From: a virus
Lineage: Duplodnaviria > Caudoviricetes
IMG/VR virus record: IMGVR_UViG_3300032266_001600
Coordinates: 7,998-71,997 of that record
Strand: one strand, 5' to 3'
Length of the DNA stretch: 64,000 bases
Under the pieces are notes generated by a model. It ran no database searches, was not told where the DNA came from, and was given only the letters and a program-made list of their open reading frames with translations. Below, one piece after another: positions 29,847-39,664 of this stretch; position 1 is the first letter of the stretch; each line of letters starts with the position of its first letter. The position numbers and the translations under genes are program-made.

Positions 29847-30045
29847 TTTTTTCTATATCGTCTATCTCCTTATTGAAGGCACTCAATCCTGTAGCTAATA
29901 TTTTCATTGAAGCTTTGTCTTTTAAATGAAAAAAAACGTCTGCCTTACCTTGTTTTTTTCCTTTTTGTATGGTTATAAGTAAATACTCAATTCCACCATC
30001 TTCAAGTTTTTGTGTCATGTCGTATATATCGTCTAGTGATCCCAT
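29824..30045 (-). CDS. Small hypothetical protein
   Basis: 73 aa, closely spaced between the exonuclease and dnaE (overlaps the dnaE start). Confidence 0.6.
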   Translation of the reverse strand: MGSLDDIYDMTQKLEDGGIEYLLITIQKGKKQGKADVFFHLKDKASMKILATGLSAFNKEIDDIEKNGEDSNE

Positions 30046-30046
30046 C

Positions 30047-30685
30047 TTATACCTCTATCTGCCATTTTAATTTATTCCAAACTTTTAAGTTAAGCTCAAG
30101 ATCATTTATCGCATCATGAAGCTTTTCATAATCATGATCTATACTAAATTCTTTACCTAATGCAGTTAAAGAACTTTTAATATTTTTTTTCTTGGTATGA
30201 TATATTTTATATTGATATTCTATTAAACGCTGTTTTGAATCGTATGGCATATTACATTTGATACCTCTGGCGACTGCATTAGTATCAATAAATTTATTAA
30301 CTAAATGATGCCAATTGCAACCCATATATTTATAATACTCTTTTATAAGATAAATGTCAAATCCAAGAGTATTGTGACCAATGATATAATCCGCATTGTC
30401 CAACCAATCCTTGATAGTTGGAAATATTTCTTTTGGATCGTAACCTTCTTTTTGAACTTTTTTATGATCATATCTTGTGATTCTAGCTGCGTCTTGACTA
30501 ATTTTTAAATCTGTCTGCCATTTTAGATAGAAATTTTTTTGATCTATTTTTTTATCACCTTGTACTTTTAACATGGCTATTTGCCACGGAATATTATGAC
30601 AAAAATTAAGACAAAGATTAAATGTCTCGCAATCTATAAAGACTAGAGTTTTTTTCTTATCATATCTTAAAAGATGCTCGTCCAT
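30047..30685 (-). CDS. DEDDh 3'-5' exonuclease (DnaQ/epsilon-like)
   Basis: FIDCET, GHNTLGFD, LHDAINDL: all DEDDh residues present. Confidence 0.9.
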   Translation of the reverse strand: MDEHLLRYDKKKTLVFIDCETFNLCLNFCHNIPWQIAMLKVQGDKKIDQKNFYLKWQTDLKISQDAARITRYDHKKVQKEGYDPKEIFPTIKDWLDNADYIIGHNTLGFDIYLIKEYYKYMGCNWHHLVNKFIDTNAVARGIKCNMPYDSKQRLIEYQYKIYHTKKKNIKSSLTALGKEFSIDHDYEKLHDAINDLELNLKVWNKLKWQIEV

Positions 30686-31431
30686 TATTTTGACTCCAAA
30701 TAACTTTCAAAACAAAATTCATTACTTGACATATGTTCTATTTCTGGTTTATTTAAAATAGTTCTATTGTTAATGCACCTAAAAGTAAGATATGTTTTGA
30801 AATCTTTTTTATTATTATAAAAAATACTTTTTGCATCGAAAACATCTAGTTTATTTTTTTGTGCATATAGTAATACTTTTTCTTTCATTATCAAGTCAAA
30901 TGGTAATTCGTTTTGTTCTATAAAAAACACTGGTTTTGCAAAATCTATTTGAGGAACGCAGATGCTATTTTTCAAAGTATTATTGAATATAAAAGAATCA
31001 TAAAATGGAACAGCTATAATCAAATCATCTGACCAGTTATTTTTTATATTTGTATAGTCTAATCTAGGTTCATAATAAAAACCATCTTTTGCAGCAATAC
31101 TAAATAATTTTGTTAAATGCTCATAACCTTTTTTATTTTTAAAAAATATTATTAATTTTGAATTTTTTGCTCTTGATTCTTCGCTTTTATCTATAATTGA
31201 TTCGGTTACGGTAATTCTTAATCCATAGTTTAATTTAATATTATTATTTCTGCAATTCGTATAAGCTTCAAGAAAAGACGACATGTTATCTTCTACTAGA
31301 AATTTTTCATTTAAATTATTTTGTTTTGCTATTTGAATAATAGAATCTGGATATTCATCTGTTTCAGATTTATCTTCTAGCGTCAGAATAGATCTCCCTA
31401 GAGAATAATGAGATTTAAACAATGGTATCAT
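30685..31431 (-). CDS. Stand-alone PHP domain of DNA polymerase III alpha (metal ligands largely lost)
   Basis: FKSHYSLGRS; YGLRIT; FKNKKGYEHLTKL; YYEPRLD match the DnaE N-terminus. Confidence 0.85.
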   Translation of the reverse strand: MIPLFKSHYSLGRSILTLEDKSETDEYPDSIIQIAKQNNLNEKFLVEDNMSSFLEAYTNCRNNNIKLNYGLRITVTESIIDKSEESRAKNSKLIIFFKNKKGYEHLTKLFSIAAKDGFYYEPRLDYTNIKNNWSDDLIIAVPFYDSFIFNNTLKNSICVPQIDFAKPVFFIEQNELPFDLIMKEKVLLYAQKNKLDVFDAKSIFYNNKKDFKTYLTFRCINNRTILNKPEIEHMSSNEFCFESYLESK

Positions 31432-31439
31432 TTTAATTT

Positions 31440-31468
31440 AATATAACAGATTTTTTAAATTTAATCAA
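31440..31468 (-). promoter_or_regulatory. Sigma70-type promoter TTGATT-N17-TATATT (TG extended), 8 nt before the ATG
   Basis: 17-nt spacer; -35 overlaps the upstream TGA. Confidence 0.7.
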
Positions 31469-32424
31469 TCTAAAAATTCATCTTTTAATGAATTTTCTTG
31501 ATTTTTACTTCCGACATTAAATTTTGGACAACCATTATACCTTCTCTTTTCTATTTTGAATCCTTTGATATCTTTAAAATTACCATCGAAATTAGACTCT
31601 ATAATCTCATCATTTTCATTTAATTTTACATAATAATCGTATGAATCTTTATATGGACACTTCCAGCCACCAATTTGACACATCCATTTATTTTTTGGAT
31701 TATCTATTGCAAAATTTGACTTGGCTGAATTTTCATCAAAATTATTGATGTATTCATTAATATGCTCTAAATAATGTTCAAATCCTTTTATTTGATTATC
31801 ATCAAAAGATAATTCTTGAATAGGCTGTTTCGGGAATCTTAAAAATAGAAATTTAACAATAGGTTTTAGTTTCGGCCATAATTTTTTACTAGCTAGACTA
31901 TACATCATAGCTTGAATATTGGCTTCAAGGTCATCTCCCCTGAATTTATACTTTGAGCTTTTATAATCGATTATATGCATTTCTTTTTTGATTTTAATAG
32001 GTTTATCTATAAAACCCTTTATATGATATTTTGGTTCATCATTCTCAATTTCAAAATCATATTCTGGTTTAACTATATCTCCCTGTTCACCAAAGAAATC
32101 ATGTTTTAATCCTACTAAAATCATATCATTTAATAATTTATAATTACTATCATCTAGTTTAACTTTTTTAGCTAACTTTTTAACTAATGCATCGACTCCT
32201 TTATCTCCATTTATTGCGTTCTTTTTTATTATTCTTTTGTAATTTTTGATATGTCTTTTATTCAAAAGTAATTCAAAAACTGTATGACAAATCGTGCCTC
32301 TTAAAGCTCCATCATTTTGAGTTTGAGGAATTTTATCATGATAATTATTCCAATAAACCCAAGAACAAGTTTCAAGAGTTTTAATCCTAGACGCTGATAA
32401 AACTTTTATTTTTTTGTCTTCCAT
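31465..32424 (-). CDS. PD-(D/E)XK exonuclease (RecB/Cas4-like)
   Basis: LSASRIKTLETC; GTICH; KGFIDK; IIDYKSS; QAMMY; Cys residues near the C-terminus. Confidence 0.85.
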   Translation of the reverse strand: MEDKKIKVLSASRIKTLETCSWVYWNNYHDKIPQTQNDGALRGTICHTVFELLLNKRHIKNYKRIIKKNAINGDKGVDALVKKLAKKVKLDDSNYKLLNDMILVGLKHDFFGEQGDIVKPEYDFEIENDEPKYHIKGFIDKPIKIKKEMHIIDYKSSKYKFRGDDLEANIQAMMYSLASKKLWPKLKPIVKFLFLRFPKQPIQELSFDDNQIKGFEHYLEHINEYINNFDENSAKSNFAIDNPKNKWMCQIGGWKCPYKDSYDYYVKLNENDEIIESNFDGNFKDIKGFKIEKRRYNGCPKFNVGSKNQENSLKDEFLD

Positions 32425-33308
32425 TCAATTATCTCTTCTTTTGTCATTTCTCCAAAATCTTTCTTAAAAGGTAATTTAATATTTAATTGATTTTTGTCAA
32501 AATATCTAAGTAATTTATTATAACCTTTTTCTGAAGCAATATTGCCAGCTGAATTTTTTTCTAAATCATTATTAAATGAAATATTAATTTTTTTAAAATC
32601 TGAACGTAAAAGAAAATTTAGTATTGATATACTAATATCTAAACCAAAAGTAACTATGGCGTTTTTAATATCTGCATCCCACATAGCAAGACAGTCGCCG
32701 ATACTTTCGACTAGAAATACTTCTTTTTCGTTAAAAAGCTCTTTATTTAGAAATAAAGGATATACCCAATCTTTTTTTTCTCCAATATGTTTCCATTTTA
32801 TTTTACTTTTATTTGTGATGTCTCTTCCAGAAAATCCTATAATTTTATTATTTAAATCAAAAACTGGAAATACATAACGATTTTTCATTTTTCCATTTTC
32901 AGCTACTCCGCCATTGAATTTTATCAAAGTATCAAAAGATATGCCTCTATTTATCCAGTAGTTTTGATCATTTTTTAATTTATTTAAAATATCAATATCA
33001 AATTTCTTAGTTTGTTTTAATAACGGTTTATCTTTGTGAATTAAAATCGGTAAATCAAAGTTTTTATCTTTAAGCCATTCCTTAGCTTTATCAACGCTAT
33101 CTAATTTAAGGGTTAAATTAATTAAAGAATTAAAATCTCCACTTATATTTTCTTTAAAATCAAACCAATGACCTGTATCTTTATAAATTTTTAAAACTGT
33201 ATCATTATCACTATCTCTATATAAAGGTCTTGCTCTGTATTCTTTTCCGCAATCTTTTAATTTATAACCTAAATCTGTTAGTATTTGATATATATTTACT
33301 TTTTCCAT
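32406..33308 (-). CDS. dnaG: DNA primase (Toprim domain)
   Basis: YWINRGI; RYVFPV...GFSGR; LVESIGD; FNND; LPFKKDFGEM. Confidence 0.85.
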   Translation of the reverse strand: MEKVNIYQILTDLGYKLKDCGKEYRARPLYRDSDNDTVLKIYKDTGHWFDFKENISGDFNSLINLTLKLDSVDKAKEWLKDKNFDLPILIHKDKPLLKQTKKFDIDILNKLKNDQNYWINRGISFDTLIKFNGGVAENGKMKNRYVFPVFDLNNKIIGFSGRDITNKSKIKWKHIGEKKDWVYPLFLNKELFNEKEVFLVESIGDCLAMWDADIKNAIVTFGLDISISILNFLLRSDFKKINISFNNDLEKNSAGNIASEKGYNKLLRYFDKNQLNIKLPFKKDFGEMTKEEIIEWKTKK

Positions 33309-33952
33309 TCTAAAGCCTCACTTATTGAAGGAAATTGTTTAATGAAAATCTTTTTACATTTTTCTGCAATTAGTCTATGTTCTTTTTGAGTGTTCTGTTC
33401 TGTTCTCAACTCTATATAATGAATCCAGCTTCTTAATGAACCTTTCATGTACATTGTAGTTTGAGTCGTTAGGGGTAATATCATCCTTGCTACTTCTTTT
33501 GCAACTCCATTTTCAATCATTGTATCATAACAATGTTGAGAAAGCGATAAGGATTCTATTATAAGTTCATTCACTTTATCGTATGCGCCTGTATTCGTTT
33601 TCATAAGGATTTCGCCTACTTGTCTATTCTTATCTCCTTGTAATCGAACCTCAATATCTTCAAATTCATTTGCGACACTATATCTTTGACTAAATTCTTG
33701 AAAGCTAAATGATCTGTGTCTAAGAATTTGAGCTGCAATTCCTCTGCTAGTTTTAATTTCAAGACACATATCAACCAATTCAAATGGACTCCAATGCTTG
33801 TGTTTAATTAAAAATTTTAATAATTTCGGAGCAGTTTCAATATTCATTTGATTAGATGGATTGCTTACTCTAGCACAAAATGCTACTAAGTCTTCTGGAT
33901 TTTTAATTCCTTTAATTTCTGGCTTTGTAATTGATATTAAATCTACATTCAT
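33296..33952 (-). CDS. thyX: FAD-dependent thymidylate synthase
   Basis: HWSPFE; RHRSFSFQEFSQRY; WIHYIELR. Confidence 0.95.
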   Translation of the reverse strand: MNVDLISITKPEIKGIKNPEDLVAFCARVSNPSNQMNIETAPKLLKFLIKHKHWSPFELVDMCLEIKTSRGIAAQILRHRSFSFQEFSQRYSVANEFEDIEVRLQGDKNRQVGEILMKTNTGAYDKVNELIIESLSLSQHCYDTMIENGVAKEVARMILPLTTQTTMYMKGSLRSWIHYIELRTEQNTQKEHRLIAEKCKKIFIKQFPSISEALEWKK

Positions 33953-35433
33953 AATAATTCTCCATCATTTGCATTTGCATCGTTAAGTTCGTATTGTTCT
34001 CTTTGGCGCTCTGCTACGTCAAGAAGCGATCCTCTTTCTTCTATGTTAAAATTTTGAACATTATAATTTAAATAATTTTGCGACCATACTTCTTTACCCG
34101 TGCAATCCAATCTTCTGACTAAATCTTGATGACCAGCTGCGTCTTTTCCTTGGAATCTTGTTTTAGTTGGAATCAATTTATGAGTTCCAAATGTTTGGCC
34201 ATCTAGAGTAATCTCATCCAAAGTCTTTCTTCTAAAGATCGCTACAAATGAAGCGAACCATTGTAATCTATCTGAAAGAGAGATGACAGAACTATCGTCT
34301 ACTACTTCTGAACCCTTTCTGTTAAAGCTTTCTCCAGTTCTATTTAATTGCATGGCAGTAATAATTGGGCAACGAATTTCTTCCGAGATTCTTTTGAGCT
34401 TATCAATTTTATCTCCAATTGCTTGATGTTCGGCCCAATTTTGTCCAACTTTTTCTCCAGTTAATTTAATATAATCATAAGCAATCATAGCTTGATTTCC
34501 TCTTCCGACTTTAGAAAGATACCATCTACGAATAATAGAGCAAATTTGATCTATGTTTTTACTTCCAACATGATAATGAAAATATTCATATTTTTTAACT
34601 TTGGACCAAGCTTCTCTTACCTTTTTGGTCATTTCTTCATTTTTACGCCAATTACCAGTTTCTAGATACCAAACTGGAACTCCACTTAAAGATGCAACCA
34701 TTCTTAATTGAATATCTATGGTTTGCATTTCGGTATCCAAAATTAATGTTTTAGTTTTATTTTTTGGATTTGTAGCTGTTTTAAAACAGATATCATTTAG
34801 CCAAGTAGACTTACCTTGGCCTGGCCTACTTGCTATTGCATAAATATTACCATTTTTTAATCCACCGTACATTCTATTAAATTCTGAATATGGTGTTATT
34901 AACCCTGTTTCATCTTTTGGGGAATTGCCTATTTCTTCAATTAAATCTTCTACTCCTTCAAAAATATTAATTGGTACATCATTCTCTGAATAAGAAGACA
35001 CTCTTTTGTTATAAATACCATCAATTTTACCAATTATTTCATCAATAGAATCATCTGAATTTTTTACTACATATTCTTTAAGATTGTCTGCTGTTTGTGA
35101 AATTTCTCTTCTTATTCTTAATTTAATAAGCTCTTTACAAGCATCCATTGTGGCTTGCTCGGTTATTTGAGAAAAACTTAAATTATCAATATAATCAAAT
35201 ATATTGATCTCGTCCTTAAACGAAATACCAAGATTCTTGATTTTTTCTGCTAGTAATACTTTATCTACATTTTCACCTTTATGTTTGATATTTTTAAATA
35301 CAGTATATATTGAGGAATGAACATCATTATAAAAATCATTTTCGGTTAAAAATACATCAATATCAGCAAATAGGTCTTGATGCCTTAATAAACCGCTTAA
35401 TACATGTCTTTCTACTTGTAGTGAGTAAATCAT
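33949..35433 (-). CDS. dnaB: Replicative DNA helicase
   Basis: ASRPGQGKS Walker A; DTEM; DYIKL; MQLNR. Confidence 0.92.
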   Translation of the reverse strand: MIYSLQVERHVLSGLLRHQDLFADIDVFLTENDFYNDVHSSIYTVFKNIKHKGENVDKVLLAEKIKNLGISFKDEINIFDYIDNLSFSQITEQATMDACKELIKLRIRREISQTADNLKEYVVKNSDDSIDEIIGKIDGIYNKRVSSYSENDVPINIFEGVEDLIEEIGNSPKDETGLITPYSEFNRMYGGLKNGNIYAIASRPGQGKSTWLNDICFKTATNPKNKTKTLILDTEMQTIDIQLRMVASLSGVPVWYLETGNWRKNEEMTKKVREAWSKVKKYEYFHYHVGSKNIDQICSIIRRWYLSKVGRGNQAMIAYDYIKLTGEKVGQNWAEHQAIGDKIDKLKRISEEIRCPIITAMQLNRTGESFNRKGSEVVDDSSVISLSDRLQWFASFVAIFRRKTLDEITLDGQTFGTHKLIPTKTRFQGKDAAGHQDLVRRLDCTGKEVWSQNYLNYNVQNFNIEERGSLLDVAERQREQYELNDANANDGELL

Positions 35434-35443
35434 CCAGCTTTAT

Positions 35444-35472
35444 ATCATACCAAAGTAAAATTTAAAAGTCAA
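35444..35472 (-). promoter_or_regulatory. Sigma70-type promoter TTGACT-N17-TATGAT (TG extended), 10 nt before the ATG
   Basis: Exact spacing upstream of dnaB. Confidence 0.8.
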
Positions 35473-35473
35473 G

Positions 35474-35743
35474 TTATTCTTCGTCTTCGTCTTTATCAAA
35501 TTCTTGATCGTTATTTTTAGCTATTAAGTTTGTTGTTGCGTCTAAATTAAGTTGATCTACGCTTTGTGACCATGTATTTAAATAATATAAAAGAGCCATA
35601 GCATTTATTTGGTTGTCAAATTTAGTAAATACTTGTGGTTCGGCTTTATTCGAAAAATTAAATAAAATATAACCTCCGAAACTGCATTCGTCTATTTGTT
35701 TTAATAAAGACTCTGGAAGTTTAAATTTTTTTTTATTAATCAC
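35474..35743 (-). CDS. Small hypothetical protein
   Basis: GTG start 9 nt downstream of a GTGTAA motif; acidic C-terminus. Confidence 0.65.
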   Translation of the reverse strand: MINKKKFKLPESLLKQIDECSFGGYILFNFSNKAEPQVFTKFDNQINAMALLYYLNTWSQSVDQLNLDATTNLIAKNNDQEFDKDEDEE

Positions 35744-35752
35744 TAGTAAATT

Positions 35753-35758
35753 TTACAC
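35753..35758 (-). promoter_or_regulatory. GTGTAA motif
   Basis: AAGTGTAAAATTTACTA-GTG on the minus strand. Confidence 0.55.
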
Positions 35759-36178
35759 TTAAATAATTAAAATTCCACATTTTTCTTCTATATATTGTGG
35801 TGATAAATTTTTTAAATCACTTTCGTATACTTGCAAAAATTTAAATTCATTCATCTCTAACCACTTTTCTTTTTTGACATCCCTTTTTATACTTTGAAGG
35901 TATTTTAATCTAGAATTATCATGGAAAAATTTATTGAATGATTCGTGTTGATCACCTTGAATTTCGACAGCGATTTTCTTTGTTGCATTTAATATGTCTA
36001 CTTTTAACATTGTTCCGTAAACAGGAAACTCTTCGTAAACTATATGATTCTTCCAATAAGTATGAAAAAATTGTTTAAATTTGAACTGTAATTTACTTCG
36101 ACTCTTGCCGTCCCAGTTTATTAAATTTTTTCTTACATTTTTATTAATTAATTTACCATTAATATTTAAAAGTCTCAT
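35759..36178 (-). CDS. Vsr/DUF559-like endonuclease
   Basis: YEEFP...VDIL...IAVEIQGDQH...D..K..W. Confidence 0.8.
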   Translation of the reverse strand: MRLLNINGKLINKNVRKNLINWDGKSRSKLQFKFKQFFHTYWKNHIVYEEFPVYGTMLKVDILNATKKIAVEIQGDQHESFNKFFHDNSRLKYLQSIKRDVKKEKWLEMNEFKFLQVYESDLKNLSPQYIEEKCGILII

Positions 36179-36738
36179 TTAATTAAAAACCATGAAGGCC
36201 AATTTTCATTAGTCGAAAAAACTTCTATATTATTCTCTTTAGCAAATTCATCTACTGCTGATTTTACTCCAAATGGAGTGGTGTTATTTGGGCCATAAAG
36301 CCCTTGAACATAATCATGACCAGAAAATAAACCGCCTTTTTTTACTTTAGGATACCAATTTTTTAAATCTTTTTTTACAAATTCATAAGAATGATTTCCG
36401 TCTACATATATAAAATCAAAAAAGTTATCTGGAAAGAAATTACAAAATTCATTAAAAAAACCTTTGATTAATCTTACCCTATGATAATCATTAATTGTGT
36501 TATTCAAGGTTTTAGAAATTCTTTGAGCCTGAATAATATTAGAAGAATTTAATTGGTCCATATAGATGTGCTCTGGTTGTTCTTGCCAACAATCAAGTAA
36601 ATATAGCGTTAAATTAGGACAAGCGTCTAATATAGATTTAGCGTATTCTCCTTCAAAAACCCCTAGCTCTAACCCAATTCCACTTGGTTTAAAATATTTA
36701 ACTAAATCTTCTCTACTGTTAATATTTAAATTATTCAC
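36175..36738 (-). CDS. Class I SAM-dependent methyltransferase (Methyltransf_24-like)
   Basis: LELGVFEG; FIYVDGNHSY; KKGGLFSGHDY. Confidence 0.85.
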   Translation of the reverse strand: MNNLNINSREDLVKYFKPSGIGLELGVFEGEYAKSILDACPNLTLYLLDCWQEQPEHIYMDQLNSSNIIQAQRISKTLNNTINDYHRVRLIKGFFNEFCNFFPDNFFDFIYVDGNHSYEFVKKDLKNWYPKVKKGGLFSGHDYVQGLYGPNNTTPFGVKSAVDEFAKENNIEVFSTNENWPSWFLIK

Positions 36739-36744
36739 AAAACA

Positions 36745-37887
36745 TTAAGAAGCTAAAGTATTAATAAATTTATTATAAAAATAATCTACAATTGGCTTAT
36801 TTTCTTCTAAATAAGATCTAAGATTATCAATTCCTTGATGTTGTTTTTTAAGTTCTAGATTTACTTTTTTAAGTTCTTCTACAACTTCATCTGTAAAAGT
36901 GACCCATGCCCCTTTAGCTGTGGCAAATTCCCAAGAAAGAATTTGATCAATTACTTCGTATTCTCTCCAGACAGAAGATCCATCTTTACGTCCATATTTA
37001 ATTGGATATTGGACTTTTGAATTTGTAGATTCATTTGTTGATTTCTTAATTGCGATCTTAACATTATGTCCAATGATTTTATTCTTCACTGCGTCATATT
37101 TTTCATTTGGTTTTTCAAGAATAAGATCTTTATTAAACTTTGGTTCAAATTCAAGAATCCAATTTGCAAAATGCAATAATGCATTTCCACCAGTTGCAGT
37201 TGTTTGTCTGATGTCCTTATTGGCTGCATAAGGATCAAGTTTGATATCTGATCTAACTTGACTAATAAATAGTGCAATATGTCCACGTTTAGAGAGGGCA
37301 AGAGAAATCTTTTTCATCAACATTGAGGAGATAACTGCTCCTCCCGCTACTTTAGTTGCTTCGTTCATGCTTTTTTGAGAATCACCTTTAGTCATTAATC
37401 CATCAACTGAATCAAGAATAAATATATACCTTTTGTTTTCATCGTTAGATTGAATGAGATCTTTCATCAATTCAGAAACAGTTTCAAAAATATTGCATTC
37501 AAATACAAAGCAAGTTCCATCAACCCATTCTTTGGGGTCAGTTACAAATTTAATTCCAGAACGTTCTTTAATTTCTTTGCTCAATCTTCCTTCCGCTTTA
37601 AAAAGTAAAGCTCTAGAATTTTCTACTGATTTAAGAAAGTTCTTTGTTACCTCTAGTGCTTCTGAGGTTTTACCACCTTCATTCATTCCAATAAATCTAT
37701 GCAACCCTGGGCATAAACCACCACCCGTAGCGATATCCAGGTTTAAGCTACCAGTAGAAACCTTATAATATATTTCATCTTCAAAATTATAATGATCTTC
37801 TTTATTATCTTTTAAAAATGATAATAGTCTATCTGATGCACTTGGACCAGATTGCTGTTCGATTTCTTCTTTAGGTTTTCTTCCCAT
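36745..37887 (-). CDS. recA: RecA/UvsX-like recombinase
   Basis: STGSLNLDIATGGGL; GMNEGGKT Walker A; ILDSVDGL; FISQVR; GGNALLHFA. Confidence 0.9.
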   Translation of the reverse strand: MGRKPKEEIEQQSGPSASDRLLSFLKDNKEDHYNFEDEIYYKVSTGSLNLDIATGGGLCPGLHRFIGMNEGGKTSEALEVTKNFLKSVENSRALLFKAEGRLSKEIKERSGIKFVTDPKEWVDGTCFVFECNIFETVSELMKDLIQSNDENKRYIFILDSVDGLMTKGDSQKSMNEATKVAGGAVISSMLMKKISLALSKRGHIALFISQVRSDIKLDPYAANKDIRQTTATGGNALLHFANWILEFEPKFNKDLILEKPNEKYDAVKNKIIGHNVKIAIKKSTNESTNSKVQYPIKYGRKDGSSVWREYEVIDQILSWEFATAKGAWVTFTDEVVEELKKVNLELKKQHQGIDNLRSYLEENKPIVDYFYNKFINTLAS

Positions 37888-38215
37888 ATCTTATAAATTC
37901 TAGCAGGGTTTTAGGTTTTTTGCAAATGTTTTTATCTTCATTTACTTTATTTTCCTCTAGCTCTACTTTTTCCTTATTTAAATTTAAATTAAAAGATTCA
38001 TATTCCTTTAATACGAAAGCTTTGCCTTCTGGTTTAAGAAACCAAGCTAGTGAAGGTGGTGGACTTCCTAGTTCTTTAAGATTATCCCAAAAATCAAAAG
38101 AATTAAATCTTTTAACTAATCTTTGGGCTATTTTAATCTCTCTTGGCCAATTAACATTTCCTTTTATATATTTTTTAACTATTAATTGACAAAGTTTATG
38201 GTTTGTAGTTTTCAA
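37871..38215 (-). CDS. Hypothetical protein
   Basis: 114 aa, overlaps both neighbours. Confidence 0.6.
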   Translation of the reverse strand: MKTTNHKLCQLIVKKYIKGNVNWPREIKIAQRLVKRFNSFDFWDNLKELGSPPPSLAWFLKPEGKAFVLKEYESFNLNLNKEKVELEENKVNEDKNICKKPKTLLEFIRYGKKT

Positions 38216-39257
38216 TATCTGATCTTACCATTCTTTCAACTAATTTGTCAAAAGAATTTTTGGGGCACCAATTTAATAAATTTCTTGATTCGGTTGAATC
38301 TCCTAATAATAGATCTACTTCCGCAGGTCTGAAAAATTTTTCATTTACAGAAATAGCTACTCTAGATTTCATATTATTTTTTGAAACAATATCTTCTGGA
38401 AAGATCAATTTCATATCTAAACCTTCCCCTTGCCAAATAAGTCTATCAAATCCTGCATATGAAAACGCTTTTTCCACAAACTCTTTGATTGAATGAGTTT
38501 CATTTGAGGATAGTATATATTCTCTTGGTTCAGATTGATTCATCATTATCCACACCGCTTCCATAAAGTCTTCTGCATGACTCCAATCTCTTTTCGCTTC
38601 TAAATTTCCTAAATATATTGGTTCGAAAGGCAAGCTATTGTTAATACAATATTTAATTCTACCTATACCGCAAGTAATTTTTCTTGTAACGAATTCTTCT
38701 CCTCGCCTTTCGCTTTCATGATTATAGAGTATAGAATGTATAGCGAATAAATCATAAGAATCTCTATAAACTTTAGTGATATGTCTTGCTGCTGCTTTAG
38801 CTGCTCCATATGGACTTCTTGGCCGAATCGGATGGCTTAGATCTTGAGGGCTATATAAAACGTCTCCCATTTCTTCGCTGGATCCAGCAGAATAAAATCT
38901 ACATTTTGGAGCGTATTTTCTGATAGCTTCAAGACATCTAAGTACTCCAACAGCAGTTGCATCAAATGTTTGAAGTGGAATCTGCCAACTACTACCTACA
39001 AAAGACTGTGCTGCAAAATTAAGAAAATAATCTGGCTCAACATCTTTAACTATTTCATCAATCGAGTTAGAATCGCAAAGGTCAGCTATAATTAATTTAA
39101 ATCTTGAATTATTTAAATTGTGTTCTATATTTTTTAAATTTGGATTCGAGCTTCTCCTTCTTATGCCGTATACCATATGCTTAGTGTTTTTTAATATATA
39201 ATCTACCATATAAGATCCATCTTGACCTGTCACGCCTGTTATAATTACTTTCTTCAT
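38196..39257 (-). CDS. gmd: GDP-mannose 4,6-dehydratase
   Basis: ITGVTGQDGSY; AAQSFVGSS; SPYGAAK; ILYNHES; FVTRKI; RDWSHA; RPAEVDLLLGD. Confidence 0.95.
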   Translation of the reverse strand: MKKVIITGVTGQDGSYMVDYILKNTKHMVYGIRRRSSNPNLKNIEHNLNNSRFKLIIADLCDSNSIDEIVKDVEPDYFLNFAAQSFVGSSWQIPLQTFDATAVGVLRCLEAIRKYAPKCRFYSAGSSEEMGDVLYSPQDLSHPIRPRSPYGAAKAAARHITKVYRDSYDLFAIHSILYNHESERRGEEFVTRKITCGIGRIKYCINNSLPFEPIYLGNLEAKRDWSHAEDFMEAVWIMMNQSEPREYILSSNETHSIKEFVEKAFSYAGFDRLIWQGEGLDMKLIFPEDIVSKNNMKSRVAISVNEKFFRPAEVDLLLGDSTESRNLLNWCPKNSFDKLVERMVRSDIENYKP

Positions 39258-39276
39258 TTAAATATGATATATGTTT

Positions 39277-39657
39277 TTAGTATTTTTTATAACTTTTTTC
39301 TTCTTTAAAAGAAAAATCATTTAATTTATTAATTTCATTCTTTATCTTAAACCTAAGATCATTTGTGATATATACTTTTCTTGCTAAAGATATAAAGTTT
39401 GCATCGAATTGTTTTTCTCTTTCTTTGTCTCTTATATCATCTTCTATTTTCCAAAGTTTTTTGTTTATTTGTATTAATTTATTTAAGAGTTTTAAATATT
39501 TTCTATTTCTTTTAAATTTATTGACTTTTTTATCTATATAAGCAAATTCCTTTTTTACATTATGCTTTTTAATAGGGTCGTCAATTTTACTAACTTTTAT
39601 ATAAAGTATAGAATATTTATCTAAAAGTTCGCCATCTGATATTTTAATAGTATTCAT
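39277..39657 (-). CDS. DUF6165-like protein
   Basis: ISDGELLDKYSIL...LWKIEDDIR...ARKVYITNDLR..K. Confidence 0.75.
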   Translation of the reverse strand: MNTIKISDGELLDKYSILYIKVSKIDDPIKKHNVKKEFAYIDKKVNKFKRNRKYLKLLNKLIQINKKLWKIEDDIRDKEREKQFDANFISLARKVYITNDLRFKIKNEINKLNDFSFKEEKSYKKY

Positions 39658-39664
39658 AAAATCG

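Noticed and set aside
29824-31431. Split intein joining the PHP gene and dnaE
   Set aside because: No N-intein block after the PHP domain and no HN-C/S/T junction at the start of the core; the CF near the PHP end is too close to the stop.
27249-39257. Bacterial chromosome or prophage interpretation based on dnaE, dnaB, recA, thyX and gmd
   Set aside because: The genes are divergent, split or compact, interleaved with phage hypotheticals, share promoters with the tail module, and no housekeeping operons or integrase are present.
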